Shown here: one piece after another, positions 38,701-51,700 of the stretch
Layout of the letters: every line of letters starts with the position of its first letter
Position numbering within the stretch: position 1 is the stretch's first letter
Source: the human T2T-CHM13v2.0 reference genome, Homo sapiens
DNA: 64,000 nucleotides
NCBI RefSeq assembly: GCF_009914755.1
Contig: NC_060946.1
Direction: 5' to 3' (one strand)
The notes under the pieces: model-generated
What the model was told of the DNA's origin: nothing
What the model saw: only the letters and a program-made list of their open reading frames with translations
The model's database searches: none
Translations under genes and position numbers: made by a program

Positions 38701-41700
38701 ACAGGGGGCTTTGTGACATACCTTTGCACTGATCACCCAGGTGATGTAACACATCTAAGTTCGGCCTAAAGGAGCTTTGTGACATATCTCTGCACTGATC
38801 ACTTAGGTGATGTAACACTTTTATAATCACTGCCTACAGGGAATTTTGACAAATCTCTGCACTGATCACCTAGGTGATGTAACTATTGTCTACCCTCTGT
38901 CCAACGGGGCATTGTGAAATATCTCTGCACTGATCACCCAGGTGATTCAACTCTTGACTAGGAACTGCCTACAGAGGTTATTGTGAATTATCTCTGCACT
39001 GATAAACTAGGTGGTGTAACCCTTGTCCAAGCTCTGCCTACAGGGGCGTTTCCACATATCCCTGAACTGATGACAAAGGTGATGTAACTCTTGCCTAGGC
39101 TTTGCCTACAGGGAACATTGGACATATATCTGCACTGATCACCCAGGTGATGCAACTCTTGCCTAGGCTTTGCCTACAGGGGACATTGTGACATATCTCT
39201 TCAATGATCACTCATGTGATGCATCTCTTGCCTAGGCTTTGCCTACAGGGGACATTGTGACATATCTCTGCACTGATCTCCCAGGTGCTGTAACTTTAGT
39301 CTAGGCTCTGGCTACACGGCATTGTGACCTACCTCTGCACTGATCACCCAGGTGATATAACTCTTCTCTAGGATGTGCCTACAGGGTACTTTTTGACATA
39401 TCCCTGCACTGATCACCCAGGTGATCTAACTCTGGTCTAAGCTCTGCCTAAAGGGGCATTGTGACAGATCTCTGCACTGATCACTCTGGTGATGTAAGTA
39501 TTGTCTAGGCTCTGCTTCAAGGGGCCTTGTCACATATCTCTGCACTGATCACCCAGGTGAAGTAACTCTTGTCTAGGCTCTGCTTCCAGGGCATATTGTG
39601 ACATATCTATGCACTGATCACCTTAGTGATGTAACACTTTGGTAGGCTCGGCCTACAGGGGAATCTTGACATATCTCTGCACTGTTAACCGAGGTGATTT
39701 AACTCTTGTCTAGGCTGTGCCCACAGGGGGATTGAGACATATCTCTGCACTGATCCCGAGGTGATACAACTCTTGCCTGGTCTCTGCCTACTGTGGACAT
39801 TGTGACATATCTCTGCACTGATCTCCCAGGTGCTGTAACTTTACTCTAGGCTCTGGCTACACGGCATTGTGACATATCACTGCACTGATCACCCAGGCGA
39901 TATAACTCTTCTCTAGGATCTGACCACAGGGTGCTTTGTGACATATCCCTGCAATGATCACCCAGGTGATATACCACTTACCAAGGCTCTGCCTACAGGG
40001 GCATTGCAATGTATCTCTGCACTGATCACCTAGGTCTTGTAGCTAATTTCTAGGATCTGCCTACAGGGTGCTTTGTGACGTGTCCCAGCAAGGATTACCC
40101 AGGTGATGTTCCTCTCATCAAGGCTCTGCCTACAGGCACATTGTGATGTATCTCTGCACTGATCACCTCGGTCATGTAACTTTTTTCTAGGCTCTACCTA
40201 CGATGGCATTGTGACATATGTCTGCACTAATCATCGAAGTGATGTAACTCTTGTCTAGGATGTGCCTAAATTAACTTTTTGACATAACCCTGTACTGATC
40301 ATCCAGGTGATGGAGCTTTTGTCTAGGCTCTGCCTAAGGGGACATTGTGACATATTTCTGCATTGATCACCCAGGTGGCGAACTCTTCTCTCGGATCTGC
40401 CTATGGGGGCATTGTGAGAAATCTCTCCACTGATCACACAGGTGATGTAACTGTTGTGTAACCTCTGCCTACAGGGGAATTGTGAGAGATCTCGTCACTG
40501 ATTACCCAAGTGATGTAACCATTGTCTAGGCTTTGCGTACAGGGGGCTTTGTGACATACCTTTGCACTGATCACCCAGGTGATGTAACACATCTACGTTC
40601 GGCCTAAAGGAGCTTTGTGACATATCTCTGCACTGATCACTTAGGTGATGTAACACTTTTATAATCACTGCCTACAGGGAATTTTGACAAATCTCTGCAC
40701 TGCTCACCTAGGTGATGTAACTCTTGTCTACCCTCTGTCCAACGGGGCATTGTGAAATATCTCTGCACTGATCACCCAAGTGATTCAACTCTTGACTAGG
40801 AACTGCCTACAGAGGTTATTGTGAAATATCTCTGTACTGATAAACTAGGTGGTGTAACCCTTGTCCAAGCTCTGCCTACAGGGTCGTTTCCACATATCCC
40901 TGAACTGATGACAAAGGTGATGTAACACTTGCCTAGGCTTTGCCTACAGGGAACATTGGACATATATCTGCACTGATCACCCAGGTGATGCAACTCTTGC
41001 CTAGGCTTTGCCTACAGGGGACATTGTGACATATCTCTTCAATGATCACTCATGTGATGCATCTCTTGCCTAGGCTTTGCCTACAGGGGACATTGTGACA
41101 TATCTCTGCACTGATCTCCCAGGTGCTGTAACTTTAATCTGGGCTCTGGCTACACGGCATTGTGACCTACCTCTGCACTGATCACCCAGGTGATATAACT
41201 CTTCTCTAGGATCTGCCTACAGGGTAATTTGTGACATATCCCTGCACTGATCACCCAGGTGATCTAACTCTGGTCTAAGCTCTGCCTAAAGGGGCATTGT
41301 GACAGATCTCTGCACTGATCACTCTGGTGATGTAAGTATTGTCTAGGCTCTGCTTCAAGGGGCCTTGTCACATATCTCTGCACTGATCACCCAGGTGATG
41401 TAACTCTTGTCTAGGCTCTGCTTCCAGGGCATATTGTGACATATCTATGCACTGATCACCTTAGTGATGTAACACTTTGGTAGGCTCGGCCTACAGGGGA
41501 ATCTTGACATATCTCTGCACTGTTAACCGAGGTGATTTAACTCTTGTCTAGGCTGTGCTCACAGGGGGATTGAGACATTCTCTGCACTGATCCCGAGGTG
41601 ATACAACTCTTGCCTTGTCTCTGCCTACTGTGGACATTGTGACATATCTCTGCACTGATCTCCCAGGTGCTGTAACTTTACTCTAGGCTCTGGCTACACG

Positions 41701-44700
41701 GCATTGTGACACATCACTGCACTGATCACCCAGGCGATATAACTCTTCTCTAGGATCTGAACACAGGGTGCTTTGTGACATATCCCTGCAATGATCACCC
41801 AGGTGATATACCACTTGCCAAGGCTCTGCCTACAGGGGCATTGCAATGTATCTCTGCACTGATCACCTAGGTCTTGTAGCTATTTTCTAGGATCTGCCTA
41901 CAGGGTTCTTTGTGACGTGTCCCAGCAAGGATTACCCAGGTGATGTACCTCTCATCAAGGCTCTGCCTACAGGCACATTGTGATGTATCTCTGCACTGAT
42001 CACCTCGGTCATGTAACTTTTTTCTAGGCTCTACCTACGGTGGCATTGTGACATATCTCTGCACTAATCATCCAAGTGATGTAACTCTTGTCTAGGATGT
42101 GCCTAAATTAACTTTTTGACATAACCCTGTACTGATCATCCAGGTGATGGAGCTTTTGTCTAGGGTCTGCCTAAGGGGGCATTGTGACATATTTCTGCAT
42201 TGATCACCCAGGTGGCGAACTCTTCTCTCGGATCTGCCTATGGGGGCATTGTGAGAAATCTCTGCACTGATCACCCAGGTGATGTAACTGTTGTGTAACC
42301 TCTGCCTACAGGGGAATTGTGAGAGATCTCGTCACTCATTACCCAAGTGATGTAACCAATGCCTAGGCTTTGCGTACAGGGGGCTTTGTGACATACCTTT
42401 GCACTGATCACCCAGGTGATGTAACACATCTAAGTTCGGCCTAAAGGAGCTTTGTGACATATCTCTGCACTGATCACTTAGGTGATGTAACACTTTTATA
42501 ATCACTGCCTACAGGGAATTTTGACAAATCTCTGCACTGATCACCTAGGTGATGTAACTCTTGTCTACCCTCTGTCCAACGGGACATTGTGAAATATCTC
42601 TGCACTGATCACCCAGGTGATTCAACTCTTGACTAGGAACTGCCTACAGAGGTTATTGTGAATTATCTCTGCACTGATAAACTAGGTGGTGTAACCGTTG
42701 TCCAAGCTCTGCCTACAGGGGCGTTTCCACATATCCCTGAACTGATGACAAAGGTGATGTAACTCTTGCCTAGGCTTTGCCTACAGGGAACATTGGACAT
42801 ATATCTGCACTGATCACCCAGGTGATGCAACTCTTGCCTAGGCTTTGCCTACAGGGGACATTGTGACATATCTCTTCAATGATCACTCATGTGATGCATC
42901 TCTTGCCTAGGCTTTGCCTACAGGGGACATTGTGTCATATCTCTGCACTGATCTCACAGGTGCTGTAACTTTAGTCTAGGCTCTGGCTACACGGCATTGT
43001 GACCTACCTCTGCACTGATCACCCAGGTGATATAATTCTTCTCTAGGATCTGCCTACAGGGTACTTTGTGACATATCCCTGCACTGATCACCCAGGTGAT
43101 CTAACTCTGGTCTAAGCTCTGCCTAAAGGGGCATTGTGATAGATCTCTGCACTGATCACTCTGGTGATGTAAGTATTGTCTAGGCTCTGCTTCAAGGGGC
43201 CTTGTCACATATCTCTGCACTGATCACCCAGGTGATGTAACTCTTGTCTAGGCTCTGCTTCCAGGGCATATTGTGACATATCTATGCACTGATCACCTTA
43301 GTGATGTAACACTTTGGTAGGCTCGGCCTACAGGGGAATCTTGACATATCTCTGCACTGTTAACCGAGGTGATTTAACTCTTGTCTCGGCTGTGCCCACA
43401 GGGGGATTGAGACATATCTCTGCACTGATCCCGAGGTGATACAACTCTTGCCTTGTCTCTGCCTACTGTGGACATTGTGACATATCTCTGCACTGATCTC
43501 CCAGGTGCTGTAACTTTACTCTAGGCTCTGGCTACACGGCATTGTGACAGATCACTGCACTGATCACCCAGGCGATATAACTCTTCTCTAGGATCTGACC
43601 ACAGGGTGCTTTGTGACATATCCCTGCAATGATCACCCAGGTGATATACCACTTGCCAAGGCTCTGCCTACTGGGGCATTGCAATGTATCTCTGCACTGA
43701 TCACCTAGGTCTTGTAGCTAATTTCTAGGATCTGCCTACAGGGTGCTTTGTGACGTGTCCCAGCAAGGATTACCCAGGTGATGTACCTCTCATCAAGGCT
43801 CTGCCTACAGGCACATTGTGATGTATCTCTGCACTGATCACCTCGGTCATGTAACTTTTTTCTAGGCTCTACCTACGATGGCATTGTGACATATCTCTGC
43901 ACTAATCATCCAAGTGATGTAACTCTTGTCTAGGATGTGCCTAAATTAACTTTTTGACATAACCCTGTACTGATCATCCAGGTGATGGAGCTTTTGTCTA
44001 GGCTCTGCCTAAGGGGACATTGTGACATATTTCTGCATTGATCACCCAGGTGGCGAACTCTTCTCTCGGATCTGCCTATGGGGGCATTGTGAGAAATCTC
44101 TCCACTGATCACCCAGGTGATGGAACTGTTGTGTAACCTCTGCCTACAGGGGAATTGTGAGAGATCTCGTCACTGATTACCCAAGTGATGTAACCATTGT
44201 CTAGGCTTTGCGTACAGGGGGCTTTGTGACATACCTTTGCACTGATCATCCAGGTGATGTAACACATCTAAGTTCGGCCTAAAGGAGCTTTGTGACATAT
44301 CTCTGCACTGATCACTTAGGTGATGTAACACTTTTATAATCACTGCCTACAGGGAATTTTGACAAATCTCTGCACTGATCACCTAGGTGATGTAACTCTT
44401 GTCTACCCTCTGTCCAACGGGGCATTGTGAAATATCTCTGCACTGATCACCCAGGTGATTCAACTCTTGACTAGGAACTGCCTACAGAGGTTATTGTGAA
44501 TTATCTCTGCACGGATAAACTAGGTGGTGTAACCCTTGTCCAAGCTCTGCCTACAGGGGCGTTTCCACATATCCCTGAACTGATGACAAAGGTGATGTAA
44601 CTCTTGCCTAGGCTTTGCCTACAGGGAACATTGGACATATATCTGCACTGATCACCCAGGTGATGCAACTCTTGCCTAGGCTTTGCCTACAGGGGACATT

Positions 44701-47331
44701 GTGACATATCTCTTCAATGATCACTCATGTGATGCATCTCTTGCCTAGGCTTTGCCTACAGGGGACATTGTGACATATCTCTGCACTGATCTCCCAGGTG
44801 CTGTAACTTTAGTCTAGGCTCTGGCTACACGGCATTGTGACCTACCTGTGCACTGATCACCCAGGTGATATAACTCTTCTCTAGGATCTGCCTACAGGGT
44901 ACTTTGTGACATATCCCTGCACTGATCACCCAGGTGATCTAACTCTGGTCTAAGCTCTGCCTAAAGGGGCATTGTGACAGATCTCTGCACTGATCACTCT
45001 GGTGATGTAAGTATTGTCTAGGCTCTGCTTCAAGGGGCCTTGTCACATATCTCTGCACTGATCACCCAGGTGATGTAACTCTTGTCTAGGCTCTGCTTCC
45101 AGGGCATATTGTGACATATCTATGCACTGATCACCTTAGTGATGTAACACTTTGGTAGGCTCGGCCTACAGGGGAATCTTGACATATCTCTGCACTGTTA
45201 ACCGAGGTGATTTAACTCTTGTCTAGGCTGTGCCCACAGGGGGATTGAGACATATCTCTGCACTGATCCCGAGGTGATACAACTCTTGCCTGGTCTCTGC
45301 CTACTGTGGACATTGTGACATATCTCTGCACTGATCTCCGAAGTGCTGTAACTTTACTCTAGGCTCTGGCTACACGGCATTGTGACATATCACTGCACTG
45401 ATCACCCAGGCGATATAACTCTTCTCTAGGATCTGACCACAGGGTGCTTTGTGACATATCCCTGCAATGATCACCCAGGTGATATACCACTTGCCAAGGC
45501 TCTGCCTACAGGGGCATTGCAATGTATCTCTGCACTGATCACCTAGGTCTTGTAGCTATTTTCTAGGATCTGCCTACAGGGTGCTTTGTGACGTGTCCCA
45601 GCAAGGATTACCCAGGTGATGTACCTCTCATCAAGGCTCTGCCTACAGGCACATTGTGATGTATCTCTGCACTGATCACCTCGGTCATGTAACTTTTTTC
45701 TAGGCTCTACCTACGATGGCATTGTGACATATCTCTGCACTAATCATCCAAGTGATGTAACTCTTGTCTAGCATGTGCCTAAATTAACTTTTTGACATAA
45801 CCCTGTACTGATCATCCAGGTGATGGAGCTTTTGTCTAGGCTCTGCCTAAGGGGGCATTGTGACATATTTCTGCATTGATCACCCAGGTGGCGAACTCTT
45901 CTCTCGGATCTGCCTATGGGGGCATTGTGAGAAATCTCTGCACTGATCACCCAGGTGATGTAACTGTTGTGTAACCTCTGCTTACAGGGGAATTGTGAGA
46001 GATCTCGTCACTGAATACCCAAGTGATGTAACCAATGTCTAGGCTTTGCGTACAGGGGGCTTTGTTACATACCTTTGCACTGATCACCCAGGTGATGTAA
46101 CACATCTAAGTTCGGCCTTAAGGAGCTTTGTGACATATCTCTGCACTGATCACTTAGGTGATGTAACACTTTTATAATCACTGCCTACAGGGAATTTTGA
46201 CAAATCTCTGCACTGATCACCTAGGTGATGTAACTCTTGTCTACCCTCTGTCCAACTGGGCATTGTGAAATATCTCTGCACTGATCACCCAGGTGATTCA
46301 ACTCTTGACTAGGAACTGCCTAGAGAGGTTATTGTGAAATATCTCTGCACTGATAAACTAGGGGGTGTAACACTTGTCCAAGCTCTGCCTACAGGGTCGT
46401 TTCCACATATCCCTGAACTGATGACAGAGGTGATGTAACTCTTGCCTAGGCTTTTCCTACAGGGAACATTGGACATATATCTGCACTGATCACCCAGGTG
46501 ATCTTACTCTGGTCTAAGCTCTGCCTAAAGGGGCATTGTGACAGATCTCTGCACTGATCACTCTGGTGATGTAAGTATTGTCTAGGCTCTGCTTCAAGGG
46601 GCCTTGTCACATATCTCTGCACTGATCACCCAGGTGATTTAACTCTTGTCTAGGCTCTGCTTCCAGGGCATATTGTGACATATCTATGCACTGATCACCT
46701 TAGTGATGTAACACTTTGGTAGGCTCGGCCTACAGGGGAATCTTGACATATCTCTGCACTGTTAACCGAGGTGATTTAACTCTTGTCTAGGCTGTGCCCA
46801 CAGGGGGATTGAGACATATCTCTGCACTGATCCCGAGGTGATACAACTCTTGCCTGGTCTCTGCCTACTGTGGACATTGTGACATATCTCTGCACTGATC
46901 TCCCAGGTGCTGAAACTTTAGTCTAGGCTCTGACTACACGGCATTGTGACATATCACTGCACTGAACACCCAGGCGATATAACTCTTCTCTAGGATCTGA
47001 CCACAGGGTGCTTTGTGACATATCCCTGCAATGATCACCCAGGTGATATACCACTTGCCAAGGCTCTGCCTACAGGGGCATTGCAATGTATCTCTGCACT
47101 GATCACCTAGGTCTTGTAGCTATTTTCTAGGATCTGCCTACAGGGTTCTTTGTGACGTGTCCCAGCAAGGATTACCCAGGTGATGTACCTCTCATCAAGG
47201 CTCTGCCTACAGGCACATTGTGATGTATCTCTGCACTGATCACCTCGGTCATGTAACTTTTTTCTAGGCTCTACCTACGATGGCATTGTGACATATCTAT
47301 GCACTAATCATCCAAGTGATGTAACTCTTGT
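29776..47331 (-). repeat. 27-mer domain punctuated by three 23-monomer units (29776-31339, 36853-38416, 45768-47331)
   Basis: Landmark spacings are 1564, 1837, 1838, 1838, 1564, 1838, 1837, 1838, 1838, 1564. The 23-mers join M11 directly to M17 (GGACATATATCTGCACTGATCACCCAGGTGATCTTACTCTGG). Confidence 0.9.
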
Positions 47332-48760
47332 CTAGGATGTGCCTAAATTAACTTTTTGACATAACCCTGTACTGATCATCCAGGTGATGGAGCTTTTGTC
47401 TAGGCTCTGCCTAAGGGGGCATTGTGACATATTTCTGCATTGATCACCCAGGTGGCGAACTCTTCTCTCGGATCTGCCTATGGGGGCATTGTGAGAAATC
47501 TCTGCACTGATCACCCAGGTGATGTAACTGTTGTGTAACCTCTGCCTACAGGGGAATTGTGAGAGATCTCGTCACTCATTACCCAAGTGATGTAACCATT
47601 GCCTAGGCTTTGCGTACAGGGGGCTTTGTGACATACCTTTGCACTGATCACCCAGGTGATGTAACACATCTAAGTTCGGCCTAAAGGAGCTTTGTGACAT
47701 ATCTCTGCACTGATCACTTAGTTGATGTAACACTTTTATAATCACTGCCTACAGGGAATTTTGACAAATCTCTGCACTGATCACCTAGGTGATGTAACTC
47801 TTGTCTACCCTCTGTCCAACGGGGCATTGTGAAATATCTCTGCACTGATCACCCAGGTGATTCAACTCTTGACTAGGAACTGCCTACAGAGGTTATTGTG
47901 AAATATCTCTGCACTGATAAACTAGGTGGTGTAACCCTTGTCCAAGCTCTGCCTACAGGGGCGTTTCCACATATCCCTGAACTGATGACAAAGGTGATGT
48001 AACTCTTGCCTAGGCTTTGCCTACAGGGAACATTGGACATATATCTGCACTGATCACCCAGGTGATGCAACTCTTGCCTAGGCTTTGCCTACAGGGGACA
48101 TTGTGACATATCTCTTCAATGATCACTCATGTGATGCATCTCTTGCCTAGGCTTTGCCTACAGGGGACATTGTGACATATCTCTGCACTGATCTCCCAGG
48201 TGCTGTAACTTTAGTCTAGGCTCTGGCTACACGGCATTGTGACCTACCTCTGCACTGATCACCCAGGTGATACAACTCTTCTCTAGGATCTGCCTACAGG
48301 GTACTTTGTGACATATCCCTGCACTGATCACCCAGGTGATCTAACTCTGGTCTAAGCTCTGCCTAAAGGGGCATTGTGACAGATCTCTGCACTGATCACT
48401 CTGGTGATGTAAGTATTGTCTAGGCTCTGCTTCAAGGGGCCTTGTCACATATCTCTGCACTGATCACCCAGGTGATATACCACTTGCCAAGGCTCTGCCT
48501 ACAGGGGCATTGCAATGTATCTCTGCACTGATCACCTAGGTCTTGTAGCTAATTTCTAGGATCTGCCTACAGGGTGCTTTGTGACGTGTCCCAGCAAGGA
48601 TTACCCAGGTGATGTACCTCTCATCAAGGCTCTGCCTACAGGCACATTGTGATGTATCTCTGCACTGATCACCTAGGTCATGTAACTTTTTTCTAGGCTC
48701 TACCTACGATGGCATTGTGACATATCTCTGCACTAATCATCCAAGTGATGTAACTCTTGT
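47332..48760 (-). repeat. 21-monomer HOR variant (27-mer lacking M19-M24)
   Basis: Spacing 1429 bp. At about 48473, M18 (…CTTGTCACATATCTCTGCACTGATCACCCAGG) is followed directly by M25 (TGATATACCACTTGCCAAGG). Confidence 0.9.
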
Positions 48761-51700
48761 CTAGGATGTGCCTAAATTAACTTTTTGACATAACCCTGTA
48801 CTGATCATCCAGGTGATGGAGCTCTTGTCTAGGCTCTGCCTAAGGGGGCATTGTGACATATTTCTGCATTGATCCCCCAGGTGTCGAACTCTTCTCTCGG
48901 ATCTGCCTATGGGGGCATTGTGAGAAATCTCTGCACTGATCACCCAGGTGATGTAACTGTTCTGTAACGTCTGCCTACAGGGGAATTGTGAGAGATCTCG
49001 TCACTGATTACCCAAGTGATGTAACCGTTGTCTAGGCTTTGCATACAGGGGGCTTTGTGACATACCTTTGCACTGATCACCCAGGTGATGTAACACATCT
49101 AAGTTCGGCCTAAAGGAGCTTTGTGACATATCTCTGCACTGATCGCTTAGGTGATGTAACACTTTTATAATCACTGGCTACAGGGAATTTTGACAAACCT
49201 CTGCACTGGTCACCTAGGTGATGTAACTCTTGTCTACCCTCTGTCCAACGGGGCATTGTGAAATATCTCTGCACTGATCACCCAGGTGATTCAACTCTAG
49301 ACTAGGGACTGCCTACAGAGGTTATTGTGAAATATCTCTGCACTGATAAACTAGGTGGTGTAACCCTTGTCTAAGCTCTGCCTACAGGGGCGTTTCCACA
49401 TATCCCTGAACTGTTGACAGAGGTGATGTAACTCTTGCCTAGGCTTTGCCTAAAGGGAACATTGGACATATATCTGCACTGATCACCCAGGTGATGCAAC
49501 TCTTTCCTAGGCTTTGCCTACAGGGGACATTGTGACATATCTCTTCAATGATCACTCATGTGATGCATCTCTTGCCAAGGCTTTGCCTACAGGGGACATT
49601 GTGACATATCTCTGCACTAATCTCCCAGGTGCTGTAACTTTAGTCTAAGCTCTGGCTACACGGCATTGTGACATATCACTGCACTGATCAACCAGGTGAT
49701 ATAACTCTTGCATAGGCTCTGCCTACAGGGGGATTGTGACCTACCTCTGCACTGATCACCCAGGTGATATAACTCTTCTCTAGGATCTTCCTACAGGGTA
49801 CTTTGTGACATATCCCTGCACTGATCACCCAGGTGATTTATCTCTGGTCTAAGCTCTGCCTAAAGGGGCCTTGTCACATATCTCTGCACTGATCACCCAG
49901 GTGATGTAACTCTTGTCTAGGCTCTGCTTCCTGGGCATATTGTGACATATCTATGCACTGATCACCTTAGTGACGTAACACTTTGGTAGGCTAGGCCTAC
50001 AGGGGAATCTTGACATATCTCTGCACTGTTAACCGAGGTGATTTAACTCTTGTCTAGGCTGTGCCCACAGGGGGATTGAGACATATCTCTGCACTGATCC
50101 CGAGGTGAGACAACTCTTGCCTTGTCTCTGCCTACTGTGGACATTGTGACATATCTCTGCACTGATCTCCCAGGTGCTGTAACTTTAGTCTAGGTCTGGC
50201 TACACGGCATTGTGGCATATCACTGCACTGATCACCCAGGCGATATAACTCTTCTCTAGGATCTGACCACAGGGTGCTTTGTGACATATCCCTGCAATGA
50301 TCACCCAGGTGATATACCACTTGCCAAGGCTCTGCCTACAGGGGCATTGCAATGTATCTCTGCACTGATCACCTAGGTCTTGTAGCTATTTTCTAGGATC
50401 TGCCTACAGGGTGCTTTGTGAGGTGTCCCAGCAAGGATTACCCAGGTGACGTACCTCTCATCAAGGCTCTGCCTACAGGCACATTGTGATGTATCTCTGC
50501 ACTGATCACCTAGGTCATGTAACTTTTTTCTAGGCTCTACCTACGATGGCATTGTGACATATCTCTGCACTAATCATCCAAGTGATGTAACTCTTGTCTA
50601 GGATGTGCCTAAATTAAGTTTTTGACATAACCCTGTACTGATCATCCAGGTGATGGAGCTTTTGTCTAGGCTCTGCCTAAGGGGGCATTGTGACATATTT
50701 CTGCAATTGATCCCCCAGGTGTCGAACTCTTCTCTCGGATCTGCCTATGGGGGCATTGTGAGAAATCTCTGTACTGATCACCCAGGTGATGTAACTGTTG
50801 TGTAACCTCTGCCTACAGGGGAATTGTGAGAGATCTCACCACTGATTACCCAAGTGATGTAACCATTGTCTAGGCTTTGCGTACAGGGGGCTTTGTGACA
50901 TACCTTTGCACTGATCACCCAGGTGTTGTAACACATCTAAGTTCGGCCTAAAGTAGCTTTGTGACATATCTCTGCACTGATCACTTAGGTGATGTAACAC
51001 TTTTATAATCACTGCCTACAGGGAATTTTGACAAATCTCTGCACTGATCACCTAGCTGATGTAACTCTTGTCTTCCCTCTGTCCAACGGGGCATTGTGAA
51101 ATATCTCTGCACTGATCACCCAGGTGATTCAAATTTTCACTAGGAACTGCCTACAGAGGTTATTGTGAAATATCTCTGCACTGATAAACTAGGTGGTGTA
51201 ACCCTTCTCCAAGCTCTGCCTACAGGGACGTTTCCACATATCCCTGAACTGATGACAAAGGTGATGTAACTCTTGCCTAGGCTTTGCCTACAGGGAACAT
51301 TGGACATATATCTGCACTGATCACCCAGGTGATGCAACTCTTGCCTAAGCTTTGCCTACAGGGGACATTGTGACATATCTCTTCAATGATCACTCATGTG
51401 ATGCATCTCTTGCCTAGGCTTTGCCTACAGGGGACATTGTGACATATCTCTTCCCTGATCTCCAAGGTGTTGTAACTTTATTCTAGGCTCTGGCTACACG
51501 GCATTGTGACATATCACTGCACTGATCAACCAGGTGATATAACCCTTGTATAGGCTCTGCCTACAGGGGGATTGTGAAGTACCTCTGCATTGATCACCCA
51601 GGTGATATAACTCTTCTCTAGGATCTGCTTACAGGGTACTTTGTGACATATCCCTGCACTGATCACCCACGTGATCTAACTCTGGTCTAAGCTCTGCCTA

